From: Minutocellus sp. GHC0000111
Lineage: Eukaryota
Assembly: GCA_977018835.1 (NCBI GenBank)
Contig: OZ361259.1
Span: 4,464,001 to 4,528,000 of the forward strand
Direction: 5' to 3'
Length of the DNA: 64,000 bases
Both the position numbers and the translations under genes were made by a program. A model generated the notes under the pieces. The model saw only the letters and a list, made by a program, of their open reading frames with translations. It was not told the DNA's origin and did no database searches. Positions 21,799 through 33,277 of the stretch are shown one piece after another. Each line of letters starts with the position of its first letter. Position 1 is the stretch's first letter.

Positions 21799-23343
21799 TC
21801 ACCTTGCCTGTCGCCTTCGGCGTCGGTCCTCTCGGCGCTGGATGTGGTTCAGATCGGCCGTGAGGGTGAGGATGCGGTCGGCGATGTCGGGCTCTCCAAA
21901 GGCGGATAGAAGGATGTTGAATGCCTGACGCGGTGGCTCTGATGCCAAAATATCGGCGGTGATGTCTCGCAGGCGGACAGGTGCCTCGAGATCGTCGGGG
22001 CGCCGGTGAATTGATGCTCTTGGCCAGACGCGGCAGTGGGCACCCTCCCAGCGATTTGGATCGGCCGCATCGTCTAGCCACCTCGGATAGACTCGATGGT
22101 AGGTGCCTACCCAGCGGTGTGAGGGGGACGCCGTTAGGTCTGCCAGCCTTCCCCAGTGTTCGTACGGGTTGACCTCCACTCGGTGTCCAAGAGGATTGCT
22201 GTCAGGCCGAGTGTGTCGGAGTCGAGCGCTGGTGAGGCTCTCGAATCCACTGTCCCAGTTGATAATAGCTTCAGTGAGTTGGTCCGGTCGTAGGTGCTGC
22301 CGTCTCTGGAACGGGTACGGCGAATCCAGCGGGAACTGGGTGATCAGGGCGAAAGGGCCGATGCTCCAATGCCACACTGACGCCAGCCCGCTCGGTTCGG
22401 TCGTGTGCGTCACGTGGGTAGAAGAGTGGCCTTACCTCCCACTCGAAATAAGTGAGCGGCAGCGTTGGTGGAAGGTCGCTCCCCCGTGAACCTATGCAAG
22501 CGTGCGGTGTCGGCTCTAGAGGTCTGCGCCCTCTCTGGCCGCGATGCGCCGTCTTTCTTTTCGGTCGGCCTGGTAGTGGAGGATGCACTGCGTGAGCCGG
22601 CAGAGCTGGGGCCAGATGCAATGGTGTTGCCGCGCTGCTGCTACCGATGCCTCCGGACACCTTCGCCCCCGATGCTGTTGAACCACGACGCCTCCGTCTG
22701 CCCGTGGTAGTCGGCACAGTGCACTGCTCAGGTCCAACTCAGTTGCCGTCTCGTGTGCCCGGCGGATCTCAGGTTCGGCAAGGCGCGTGGCTATCAGCCA
22801 GATGTTGACGAGGTACGTGGGCCAGTCCGGTGACACCAAGAAGGCTTGTTGCTCGAGGTACTCGGCGACCAGACCGTGCGCTACTGGAGTAAGGTGTGAA
22901 ACGGCTGCTGCTGGGGATGGCTGGCACCCCGTGGCTCTCGATGGGAGGCAGCCTGTGGCGCGCTCGACGAGATCGGTGAGGTACTCGGTAACGTCGATTC
23001 GGCCCTCGGCAAAACTTTTCCACCAATCCAGTGCGTCTGTGGTCAGTCTCTCGGACGACGCCCTGGCTGTGAAGAAACTTCTGCGCCCGGGCCGAATCTG
23101 ACGTCTGAGTCTGTCCCAGCCTCGTGGAAGGTCAGGAGAGTCTCCTCGGACGATGAGGTCTCTTGCCACTCCGAACAACACGTGATCCAGTTCCGGTCGA
23201 TCTGGTTCGGCCATGCACTGTTCCGCCGTCGTAGAGACTGGTATCGGATCTACGTGCACTATCAACGGAGCTGAGCCGTGGCCGTTTGACTCCGGAGTCG
23301 ACTGCGGTCTCTGGACTAACAGCAGTGGTGGTGTGTCGGCCAA
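21799..23343 (-). pseudogene. Additional ORF(s) of unknown function at the 5' end of the retrotransposon, broken into pieces
   Basis: Consecutive minus-strand ORFs 22516-23343 and 21799-22413 between the 5' ITR and gag. Confidence 0.45.
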
Positions 23344-23381
23344 TAATTACGAACTCGTAGAGAGTAGCACCAACCTAATGC

Positions 23382-23529
23382 TAAAACTAACTAACTACTG
23401 AGAGAGAGAGAGACAGGCTCTGGGAGCCGGTACTTTAAGCTGACTTAGCAATTGCAACGGCAGCAATCGCAGATGGTTGTGGCTTGGTCAACTCAGCGGA
23501 GGGAGGCACTGTGTTCGATGTGTCATCGT
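23382..23529. repeat. 5' terminus of the element: ITR (23382-23490) plus a 37-bp extension (23493-23529) complementary to 15570-15606
   Basis: 109-bp reverse-complement match to 15161-15269 (1 mismatch); tcagcggagggaggcactgtgttcgatgtgtcatcgt matches the reverse complement of 15570-15606 with 2 mismatches. Confidence 0.95.
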
Positions 23530-23729
23530 GAGTTGGTCTGGAACTCTGGTCCCGGAACGGAAATTAAGATTGGTCCCGCACTGTCAGATAACGGTTTGCA
23601 CGTAATAGACTTTCTAGATCTATTGATTCGATTTCTCGACTTCTCTTGTTTACTTGTAGATCTACCTTTCTAAATAACACACATGAATTAATATTATTCC
23701 CTCAGAACCTTTACTCTAAAGACCGATGG

Positions 23730-26339
23730 TCATACATTGGAAGTCTTTCCAGCTCCAAGTCCGATCTGCTCGGAAATCGGAACGAGATTGGCTAGCGTCT
23801 GACCAATGGCATCGGCAAGAGAAGACCCAATGAATTTCTCATCTTGAGTCTCGTCATCTTCATCGCCAGAGCCACTATCGAATGTGCCGTCTCCATCTAC
23901 GCCCATTGATCTCTCTTTCGTCCATGCAACTTGCTTGGCTACAGGCCCCCCTCCCAGAATACTCCGCAGAGCATCAGATTTGCCAAGCTGCTTATGGAAC
24001 CACTCCATTCGTTCATCGAGCTTCGTGTTGTCCCGCTCGGCTCTCTTCCTTGCCTCGTATCGAGTGATGGCGGCTGCCTTGATAAACCTCTCTGTGGCAG
24101 CTTCCCAACTGAACTGATGTGCAAGCTCCGGGGTCAAGGGTTCGGGATCATGGGCGAGCGCCCACTTCAGACTTGCTGCAAACTCCCACTTATTCCGATA
24201 CATGAGGCAGTTGGGGAATTGTCGGAACCACATGTTCGAAGGATGGTACGGAATGATGGCGAATTTTCCCATCGCTAATGCCTCAGCAGTTGTAGTGCAA
24301 AGTACCTCTGTCACGGAAGGGTTGATGAAAATCTTGTGGCGTTTGATTGACGCATGATCCACTCGGCCTGGAAAGGTCGCAGGTATTGGTCTCCTTCTGA
24401 ACTCGTGCCGGCTGGAAGGTAGATCGAATTGAACCGAATCAAGCGATGGACTTATCTTGGGAATACTAGGAAGAATACCAAGCAGCGACTCAGTTTCGGT
24501 CTCTTCAATTTCATCCGCTCCTGGTTCCGATGATGACTCGTCACTCTCGTCGCTGGCGCTGCCTGATAAACTTGAACTTGCATGCTTTCTTCCGTGATAT
24601 GCTCGCATAATCTCCTTCTGTTCGGGGCCACTCCCGTAGATATCAATAGAAAAGTAATCTCCGGTAACTTGACGGTAGAAATCCTGCAGCTCCAGCATTT
24701 TGTCAAGGCCCTTGGCCCAAAGAAGCTTTCCGATGAAGTACGCCTGTACCGAATCTTCGGCATCACCAGTCTCTTCGTCATTGGTCATTTTGGATAGTGT
24801 TTCATTGCCTCTTCGACGACCTTCGTCCAAGAAGTCCGCACGTACGCCGTGTACGTTGGAAATCATTTCCTTTTCTGGGGCAAAGCTCTGCAGTACGCCT
24901 GACAACTTAATCACCTTGTGACAATAGGCACGGATCATTGCGGAACTCATTACTGCAATAGCTGGTGCCGTCCACAGACCATGGTACTGAGAAGATGCGT
25001 AGCTCACATAGTTGGTATGGACGATGCCTACCGAGTATTCAAATTTCTTTGCCCATCCTTCTCCCGGGGCGCGGTACCAATTTAGGTGCTCTGGCTCTTC
25101 CAACACAACAACGTCGGCATCTTCCTCAGGAATGAGAGAAATCAAATCGCCCATGGCAAAGATTGATTTTAGACCAGGATGATACCTCGCTGGATACCAC
25201 AGTATCCGAAGGCCCGACTCTTCATCGGCCTCGGCGGGCATGCCCGCATCGTCGCGCAGCCATGACCGAATGTATTGCTCTTGCGCTGTTTGATTTGCAA
25301 ACTGATTGGACGAACCATACAACTCAAGTCTATCTTCCTCCAATTCCAACCACGGAATCACCAATGTCACCCATTGTTGTTCGTTTGGTTCGCTCATGGT
25401 TGAGATGTGATTGTTGAGTTCTCGTAAGTTTCTACATAAGTAGGCCGCTCGAAGGAGAGGATTCACCGCAGTGCCTGTAAACCATGGAAGCGACGCCGTA
25501 GTGACTACAAACACTTTTCGACCCGGGCGAGTCAAATCAGACTGGTGTGTAATCTCTAAATCATGACTCGGTATGGTGTCATCATGATCCGTCTCGCTGG
25601 ATATGGCGGCGTCCATTTCCGATCGCAAAAGAGCCTGCGAGACCAGTTCGATACTATCGTAGAAGCTTGCCTTGGCCTTGTTGGACGTATGATTTGTCCA
25701 CATCGACCATTCTCGGAACGCCTCTCGACTCGGTAACGTCGTTTTTGCCAGAGTGGCCTTTGCCGTGGCCTTGAGCTTGTGTCGACCTCGCCGTACTTTC
25801 TGACGGACCTTCCTATGTAGCCTATTGGAACTTGCTGCTTCTACTTTTGCCTTTGACTTTGATTGTTTCGGCCTCTTATTTCTTCCTGCGGGATCATTGC
25901 TACCATTCTCTTTTGGATCAGATGAACCACCGCGTATCTCATTAAGCATTTTGTCAACATTTGTTCCTTCCACTTTTGCGTTCGTTTTTCTACGCTTTGA
26001 TTCAGGAAACTCATCACCAACGCCATCCTTTTGGCCAAATGCACCACCGCGTATGCAGAGATAGCCTGCACACCAAATTGCATTCTCATTGGTCCGCATC
26101 GTTCCTCGCCGTTTTTGCAGCGGTCGCCATCGTGACCAGTTCCCTCCGTCAGCCCGTCCACCAGCAAGCGTGAACGCCACGGACGAGTATAGAAGAAGCA
26201 AAGGTATGTGGGTTCTACGCGCTCTCATCGTTTCAACCAAGTGCCGCCCTCTCGACATGGGCATAAGATGTGATGGATACCCCAAACAGCCAAACAGGAA
26301 GCACACAGCAACACACAGCAAGCAATGCCGAGAGGTCAA
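23730..26339 (-). CDS. DGD1: Digalactosyldiacylglycerol synthase (GT4); start uncertain
   Basis: VVTTASLPWFTGTAVNPLLRAAYL, LEEPEHLNWY, GIVHTNY, YCHKVIKLS, NVHGV, YFIGKLLWAKG, FINPSVTEVLCTTTAEALAMGKF. Confidence 0.93.
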   Translation of the reverse strand: MTSRHCLLCVAVCFLFGCLGYPSHLMPMSRGRHLVETMRARRTHIPLLLLYSSVAFTLAGGRADGGNWSRWRPLQKRRGTMRTNENAIWCAGYLCIRGGAFGQKDGVGDEFPESKRRKTNAKVEGTNVDKMLNEIRGGSSDPKENGSNDPAGRNKRPKQSKSKAKVEAASSNRLHRKVRQKVRRGRHKLKATAKATLAKTTLPSREAFREWSMWTNHTSNKAKASFYDSIELVSQALLRSEMDAAISSETDHDDTIPSHDLEITHQSDLTRPGRKVFVVTTASLPWFTGTAVNPLLRAAYLCRNLRELNNHISTMSEPNEQQWVTLVIPWLELEEDRLELYGSSNQFANQTAQEQYIRSWLRDDAGMPAEADEESGLRILWYPARYHPGLKSIFAMGDLISLIPEEDADVVVLEEPEHLNWYRAPGEGWAKKFEYSVGIVHTNYVSYASSQYHGLWTAPAIAVMSSAMIRAYCHKVIKLSGVLQSFAPEKEMISNVHGVRADFLDEGRRRGNETLSKMTNDEETGDAEDSVQAYFIGKLLWAKGLDKMLELQDFYRQVTGDYFSIDIYGSGPEQKEIMRAYHGRKHASSSLSGSASDESDESSSEPGADEIEETETESLLGILPSIPKISPSLDSVQFDLPSSRHEFRRRPIPATFPGRVDHASIKRHKIFINPSVTEVLCTTTAEALAMGKFAIIPYHPSNMWFRQFPNCLMYRNKWEFAASLKWALAHDPEPLTPELAHQFSWEAATERFIKAAAITRYEARKRAERDNTKLDERMEWFHKQLGKSDALRSILGGGPVAKQVAWTKERSMGVDGDGTFDSGSGDEDDETQDEKFIGSSLADAIGQTLANLVPISEQIGLGAGKTSNV

Positions 26340-26949
26340 CGTGGCGGTCAGGCCCTTTCAGTTAGTTGCCATCTGTTTTTCGCGTCATAAAGATATTAAT
26401 ATTGGCCCTCAAAAACTCCTTCGAACCGCCAAAAGATTCTCACCTGATCGCGCCGTTACTTTTTGACATCGACTCTTCGACGAGCTCGAAGAAGTTCTCA
26501 CATCTTCAAAAATTGAAGCAAAACACCCAAGCAACAAAGCACGAAAGCTATTCGCCGACGAAATATCACACTATCTAAGAGTGAGTGCTTTTCTGAGCAG
26601 CTTGCGCAGCGATAGTGTAACAGGCGACAGAGATTGCTGAAATATGTCCTCGTTGGCGGCAAGACACCATTCCTACTATGAAGATTAGTCTTAGTTGATG
26701 CATTTGATGTCAAGATTGTCAAGATCGCTTGTGATTCTGCGATAGGCTGTTGAGATATCGCTCATGGACTAAGCGATGGCAATTGGGTCTCTTTACCCTC
26801 GTTCTCAAGCTGGTGTAATGTCTTCCTCTCTTCTCGTCTTCTGTTTTTGGCATTTCTACGATCGTATTCGACAACTTTTGTTTTTTCATCGTCACGATTT
26901 GACTTATGGCCTCATTACAACTTCAATACATTCCAACAACCAGACAATC

Positions 26950-27075
26950 ATGCCCGCCGCAGGACTTAACCAACCCAAGCCGAAACGTTTCAATCCTCAT
27001 CATACGCCCAAGAAACCCAAGGGCAAGGACAAGAAGAAGAGCAACAGGCTCGGGGACGCTCTTCATTTTGCTTAG
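26950..27075 (+). CDS. Possible 41-aa basic microprotein
   Basis: ATG in a caatcATG context; MPAAGLNQPKPKRFNPHHTPKKPKGKDKKKSNRLGDALHFA; lies alone in an otherwise gene-sized gap. Confidence 0.35.
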   Translation: MPAAGLNQPKPKRFNPHHTPKKPKGKDKKKSNRLGDALHFA

Positions 27076-27528
27076 TTACTTACGTAGCAAGACTTTTGCT
27101 GCCCAGCTGACTGACGTTGGGAGCTTTACATGAATTGTGATGAATTGCAGCTGTTTGTTATTGTATGCATTAGAATTGAGGCCACGAAAGATCGAAATTC
27201 AGGTCGGTATGTCTTCATATCACTGAAATGAAATGAGATCGAGCAAATGCGCCACCAAAAATCGAAGACAAAATTTTCGAGTGAACATACTAGTAAAATA
27301 GGAAATGTTTTTACCCAAACTCCATGTAGTCTTATTTCCTACATACTAATTCCTGTTCCTCCGATGTTGCCACGAATACATTCGCAGGTCATCTCTGATA
27401 AACAGATATTTTCCTACTTCAGAGAGAATGCCATGGCTCATCAAAACTTCAGGACGAATTCCGACCTCTCTCGATATAGCTAATAGCTCTATATGGATGC
27501 ATGCAATTCAAAATCGTAATTTGAAGAG

Positions 27529-28284
27529 CTAGAAATCGTCGCGTTCAATATCCTCAACAAGCGCCTGGATTTCGTCCTCGTCGAGTTCTTCCAAGTACGC
27601 TTCGCAATGACAGCATTTTCATAATCCTTCAGTTGCTTTGCCTATTGCGTCGAGCCATCAACCCATCATCATACCCAAATTTCCAACGAGAACAACAAGA
27701 AAAAGTTAGTGATTAATATGCACGCATTCAACGGCATTAACATAAATCCAAGCAACAATTATCCATTCAAATATGCATATATTCAAAACGAAAAAAAACA
27801 TCTTTCTAAAAAGCAAGCTTCCTCAAAGCAAACTCACGTAGGTCATGTCCTTGGTTGCTACCCGGAAAATATATGTTGATACCCAAAGAACAGTTGTCAC
27901 AGCAGTGAAACCAACGCCGATATTTCGTCCCGCTTCGACGTCGTCCCAGCCCAAGGCACTCGTCCCAACCTGATACACGATGATGGGGACGATGAACAGA
28001 ACCAAACTGAGGAAGAGCGCGCCACCCTTGGTACCCGGATCAAGAAGCATGGGAAGACTCGACTTTTCACCACCCTCCGACGAGTCGGCCATAGCCAGCG
28101 GAGTGCCAGTTGGTCTTCCCCCAAAGGTTTGAGGAGAAGCCGGAGAGAGAGCACCGACCGGTTCCTTCAGGTGAGAGGCATGATGATGTGCCGAGACGGC
28201 GCTGGTCGATGTCTGGACCGTAAAGGCCGAGGCAGATCCCACTGCAGCGGCGGCGAAGAGAAGAGCTGATGATATCCGTGCCAT
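27529..28284 (-). CDS. DUF3007-family plastid membrane protein, one intron (27642-27837); 2-nt frameshift near 27596
   Basis: ASAF transit motif; WVSTYIFRVATKDMTY|AKQLKDYENAVIAKR / LEELDEDE; GTGAG...ATAG intron. Confidence 0.85.
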
Positions 28285-28574
28285 CTTGACAATTGAGCTG
28301 GCAATAGAGTAGGTTTCGCTACAGTGCTTGGGGCGGAACGACACGGCTGACCGCCATGGTCGTCCACGTCAGTGAAAGAAACTCCCAACTCCGTGTTATG
28401 TCCACAGGGTGTCTTTACACCAAAAATGCTGATCGTCACAGCCTCCCCAACAGCCAACGAACGCCAGCCCAAGCAAAACTCCCAAGCAAGATCTCGAGAA
28501 GCCGCCAAAAGGAGGCGGGAGAAAGATAGACCAGTTTTTGAATTATTTTAGATTCATTCTTAGTTTGCCACTCT

Positions 28575-29761
28575 CTACGCTCCAAATCCACCTCCGCCAC
28601 CACCTTTCTTCTTACCGCCCTTTTTCCCTTTTTCCCTCGTCCTTCCACGGCAAAGCCGCTCTTCTTGCTGCCGTTGCTAGTAGACTCCCCAACGTCTGGA
28701 AATAATCTTGCCATTTTTACTCGCTCTTCTGCCATCCATCGCGTCCCGGCGTCTTCACTCAAAAGTTCTGGCATTTCAAGGCAATCATAAACAAATTGGA
28801 TCGCATCACGTTCAGCTTGGGTCAAATCGGGATGCCATATGCGGAACATTAGAATGTACCTCACCTCATCGGATTCATTGACGGCGGAATGCATAATGCT
28901 GGTATCGAATGCCATGACTTCGCCCTCCATCCATTGTCGTTCTTCGTCACCAATTGTTAGGCGGCATTTTTTGTTTCCATTCTCTGGAAATACTAGCGCC
29001 AAATGCGACGTCAGCACAAAGTTGGTAAAGTCGCTGTGCAGTTTGATATCGCTTCCCGGTTGCATACTGGCAAAGAAGCACTCTGTGGTGGGGATCCCAC
29101 TCTCATGTACGGCTTTGGCTGCTTTTGGGAACAGCTTGGCGTTGACGGGATCCCACATGCCTCGATTTACCAGCACCAGCGTCTTCCACCCTTCGCCATA
29201 TCCCGATGCATCATCCGTCAATGCCCCGGCCCATATGTTATTTCCCTTCTTCGACAGCGAGTCCATATCGGCAGTCACGCTGAGGAACTCCTTCCTGATT
29301 TCATCATACGAATTCTCCAACTTTTTGGCCCAGTCAAATTGTGATGCATCCCAAAACTGCTTACATGTCAAGTCGGCAACGTACGATGGAGCGAGCTGAT
29401 GACAGTTGCTGCTCTTGGGATCCAAAGCGGGTGGGTCCTGTCTGGGGCCCATGAATTCCTTGTGCGCGTAATCCATCTCGGCCCAGCGCCAACTGTCCAG
29501 AACTCGCTGGATGGGTTCGGCGCCGCCGAACTTGTCAATAAGGGCTGCCTCTACCTGACCAGCGAATGTTAGCGGGCTCAAGGGTCGGGTTGGTGGAGGC
29601 GTCGTGTTGATGAGCGCGTCATCGTCCGTTTCAGCTTCTGCTGGAGAAGAGACGCAAAGCCGCGAAGGCCGCGAGATTGGCGATGGCGAACTCGGCACAA
29701 ATGCACGGGAGAGACCGATCGACGCCACGAGAAGCAGCAGATCGGTAGCAGAGCACTTCAT
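28575..29761 (-). CDS. Aspartyl/asparaginyl beta-hydroxylase-domain (2OG-Fe) plastid protein
   Basis: FFASMQPGSDIKLHSD..LTSHLAL..FDTSIMHSAVN..RYILMFRIWHPDL; adding one A in the A-run near 28621 restores the C-terminus GKKGGKKKGGGGGFGA*. Confidence 0.82.
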
Positions 29762-29929
29762 GGTGGGCCGAGGAAATCAAAAGCAAAATGCTGAGACGCG
29801 ACGAGCAAAAGTCGAACATGGCCTGTCCTTCGTCAGGCAAACATCGAAACGGCCATTGCGCAGAAATGTGATGATTCTTAGCGTATCCTGATCCTGAAAA
29901 GCAATGATAACACCCAACTACTAGTTTCG

Positions 29930-31333
29930 ATGCGAGTGAGATGCGATGTATTCGTGGCCAGCGTTTCGGTTGGCGTGTACCTCTTCGCTTTCTTGACGTT
30001 GATGATAAAGATGGAGCAGATACGGCCCAGAGCTGAATTTGAATTATTCATGCAAAATTCAAATCCTCAACACCCGCCTCGAGTACTGTGCTTGGATGGT
30101 GCATGCACAGATGCCCTCCAGCATAGACTGCTCGAACGGCGCATTGCAACTGATCTTGATGATTATGAAATATTCCCATCGGATGAAGTTTCCGATCCCG
30201 AAAGCAAACGGAAGGAGGAGCAACCGATCGACCAGCCAGACCAGTCGGCATGTGTGCCCACAGAGCCTTGGCAAACGACTCACCATCCCCTGTGCAATGT
30301 ATTTCACGAATTCAACTTCGCAACTAGTGTGGATACATCTTCCTTGCACTATGTTGCCTCTGGTGGCTGGCGTGATGTGTGGCGTTTTGATATCAGCACT
30401 GATACGTCGTTGGCACTCAAGATGATCAAGTGGAAGCGAAAGAAATATCGAACATACACGGAACAAACCTACCGTCGGCATATCATCGATGCCGTGGCAT
30501 CCGATCGGCTATTTGGGCACAAAATTGCGACGGGAATATATGGCTTTTGCGGCCTCTCAGTTTTGAATGATTACGGCGACAGTCACTTGTTGAGAGCAAT
30601 CAAGGCATTGGGCGATGTCGATCGCGAACATGGATTTGCCCTCAACTGGAATTCTAACGAGACGCTCACCGCGAGACATTTGATGGCCAAGGGGATAACC
30701 AATTACTCTGACTATCCCGAACACAAACCAAGTCCTGGCTATGGAACACTCTTGCGCTCATGGCCGACTCTGAAACAAAGAGTGCAATATGCTCGAGATG
30801 CCGCCCTCACTATAGCCTCTATGCGAGGTATCGACTGGCATGGGGGCGAAACGTTCAATGTCACTTTGGTTCACCACGACATAAAGCCCGATAACTACAT
30901 AGTGCTGAAGGACGGCGGACTCCGATTGAACGATTTCAATGACGCAGAATTGGTTTTCTACAACACTACGTCTTCTGGCCCATGCCGGTTTCGGCGAAAA
31001 AAACACAATGGCAATTATCAAAGTGCCGAAGAAGCATGGGAGCTGCCGTTGTCTCACGCGGTGGATCTTCACACGCTAGGTGGCGTCCTTTATTTTATTC
31101 TCTTTGGCAAGCGGCCCTACTTCGACTTGGAGCCGGAATTCGCTTTCGCATACTTATCAAAAGAAGTCTTCCCTTTGATTCCGGTTGGCTTCAATATTGA
31201 GGACAGTGGCCATCCTGCGGTGACTGCAATGTTGCAAATGATACAAAAACTAAGAAGCGCGCATCCCGCGGAGAGACCCGAAGCCAGCTTCGCAGTACAA
31301 GAATTGGATTCAGTACTCGAGAGATGGCAATAA
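29930..31333 (+). CDS. Type II membrane/secretory-pathway protein kinase-like protein
   Basis: N-terminal TM; ASGGWRDVW, ALKMIK, LVHHDIKPDNY, LRLNDFN, DLHTLGGVLYFIL. Confidence 0.8.
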   Translation: MRVRCDVFVASVSVGVYLFAFLTLMIKMEQIRPRAEFELFMQNSNPQHPPRVLCLDGACTDALQHRLLERRIATDLDDYEIFPSDEVSDPESKRKEEQPIDQPDQSACVPTEPWQTTHHPLCNVFHEFNFATSVDTSSLHYVASGGWRDVWRFDISTDTSLALKMIKWKRKKYRTYTEQTYRRHIIDAVASDRLFGHKIATGIYGFCGLSVLNDYGDSHLLRAIKALGDVDREHGFALNWNSNETLTARHLMAKGITNYSDYPEHKPSPGYGTLLRSWPTLKQRVQYARDAALTIASMRGIDWHGGETFNVTLVHHDIKPDNYIVLKDGGLRLNDFNDAELVFYNTTSSGPCRFRRKKHNGNYQSAEEAWELPLSHAVDLHTLGGVLYFILFGKRPYFDLEPEFAFAYLSKEVFPLIPVGFNIEDSGHPAVTAMLQMIQKLRSAHPAERPEASFAVQELDSVLERWQ

Positions 31334-31583
31334 TAATAAGATAACAAGGACTCTATAATGCGTGTGATATGTGCAGTGCGTAGCATCCCAGATTTTTCTG
31401 TTGTTAAAATAGCTTCTACTTGGTTCTCTATCAAATAATCGGGGGATCCGAATACAATATGTATGCAAACAAAATTGATCAAAACTGTTGCTGCGTCTTC
31501 GCAGCACTAAAATTCAAAACTGTTGGACCTCGATTCGTTCAAGTCCAGGGCTTCGCTCGCGCAATGCCTTCACTTTGAAGCCA

Positions 31584-33070
31584 TTATTCGCCAAGGTCGC
31601 TGGGGAGCGTTTGATAGTGGTATAGGGACGGAGCACCTCCAGTGTGGATGAAGAGAACACGCTGATCAGGACCGTAAGATCCATCACTGGTAACCGCAAG
31701 AAGACCGGCAGCTCCCTTGCCGGTATAAACAGGGTCGAGGATGATGGACTCAAGACGAGCAAAGTTCTGAATGGCATTGGCCATGTCCTTGGTGGGAAGC
31801 GAGTATCCCTCACCAACATGTCCGTCGTGAATGACGACTTCGTTGTCATCAAAGCCACCGGTGAAGGCGTCGCAATCGGCAAAGTACTTGTCGATGCATG
31901 CCTTGACCTGGCCACGAATACGATTACCTTGCGTGTCTGCATCGAAACGCACGCTGATGCCAATGACGGGGGTATCGATGCCAGCAGCACGAAGACCGGT
32001 GAGAATACCCGTGTGGGTACCTCCACTTCCAGAGCAGGTGACGATGGCATCCCAGAATAGACCTGGCTTGTCCTCTTCTCCATGTGCCTCCTTGAGGGCA
32101 TGACTCTGCTCAATAATTTCGGCGGCCGCTACGCAGTAACCCAGGGCGCCCATCTCGTTGGACCCACCGCCAGGAATGACGTAAGGTTTCTTGCCCTCGG
32201 CCTTGAGCTTGGCAATGAGATCGTCCTGGATAGGAGCAACACCGCCCAGAGGAGCGGGGATCTGCTCAGCGCCCAGCAACGCGAAGGCATAGTTGTTGCC
32301 GCCAGCCTTTGGATTGTACGATCCAGGAATGCGTTCTTCGAGAACGACGTAGCACTCCATACCCTCTCTGGCTGCCGCAGAGGCCGTAAGACGGCAGTGG
32401 TTGGACTGCACAGCGCCCGACGTGACAAGAACATCCGCTCCCTGATCGAGGGCTTCCTGGACGAGAAAGTCTAATGGATAAAAAATGATAAGGAAGCAAC
32501 GCAACAATTTGCAATTCGTCATTGGATGTGAGCAATTGAAAGTAGAGAGAAGTGCAAAAAACAACTGCAACAGCAATGCACCATGTGCTCATTATCAGAC
32601 CAGCGTGGTGACTTACCCAGCTTTCTCGTCTTGGAACCGCCTCCTGCTAGTGGGAGGAGCTGTAAAGAATAAACGAATGATATACAGACATGAGTAAGGA
32701 ATGCGTACCCAATGAGAATAATGCGGACGAATGAGAATTTGGTCGAAAGTAGCGAGAATATCTGAACATTGCAACGTCAACTCACATCGTCGCGCTTCAC
32801 ATAAAGCTGAGGTCCATTCTCCGAGAGGTTAGAAAGTCGAGGCATGTGCTCAATGGGAGTTGCTGCGGTAACATATCCCCGTCGATCGGCCTGGTTCTCA
32901 ATCATCGTTCGAAGTTCCGCCGACGGGAGGGCAGCAGTGCTGCTCGCGGTTGGAGACGAGGCATCGCGAGAGCCAATGAGAAAGGTCCGGAAGGACTTGC
33001 CGCCCTTGACGGACTCGGTCGAGTCGATGGAACGGGACAGTGAGGCGAAGCTTTCTACGCGGGGTGGCAT
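31584..33070 (-). CDS. D-cysteine desulfhydrase / ACC deaminase family PLP enzyme, 3 exons (33070-32786, 32669-32617, 32470-31584)
   Basis: TPIEHMPRL..LYVKRDD|LLPLAGGGSKTRKL|DFLVQEAL..GAVQSNHCR..IPGGGS..SGSGGTHTG..LDPVYTGK..FIHTGG; GT-AG introns. Confidence 0.9.
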
Positions 33071-33277
33071 GGTTCTGAGTTGGTTTGTAGTGCGTTGGTT
33101 GGTGAGAATATGGCGGTATCTTTGTGTTCTTCGTTTTGCATTTGTGCGGTGGCGGAGGCAGAATTCTGCAGAGGAAGCGAAGCAGCACAACAAAGCAGTA
33201 CGCACACGTACGTGCGTGTACGTACGAGCCATGCGCCATTATGCCATCAACGCCATCGCCGCAACATCACAACAGTG

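Larger units (their letters stand above)
15040..23529 (-). mobile_element. Tyrosine-recombinase (DIRS-like) retrotransposon, full length (~8.5 kb), inactivated
   Basis: Extra ORF, gag-like, RT-RNaseH and YR coding regions on the minus strand; inverted terminal repeats 15161-15269 / 23382-23490; internal complementary region whose junction cccacaAcgatga (around 15570) joins the two termini; no target-site duplication. Confidence 0.92.
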
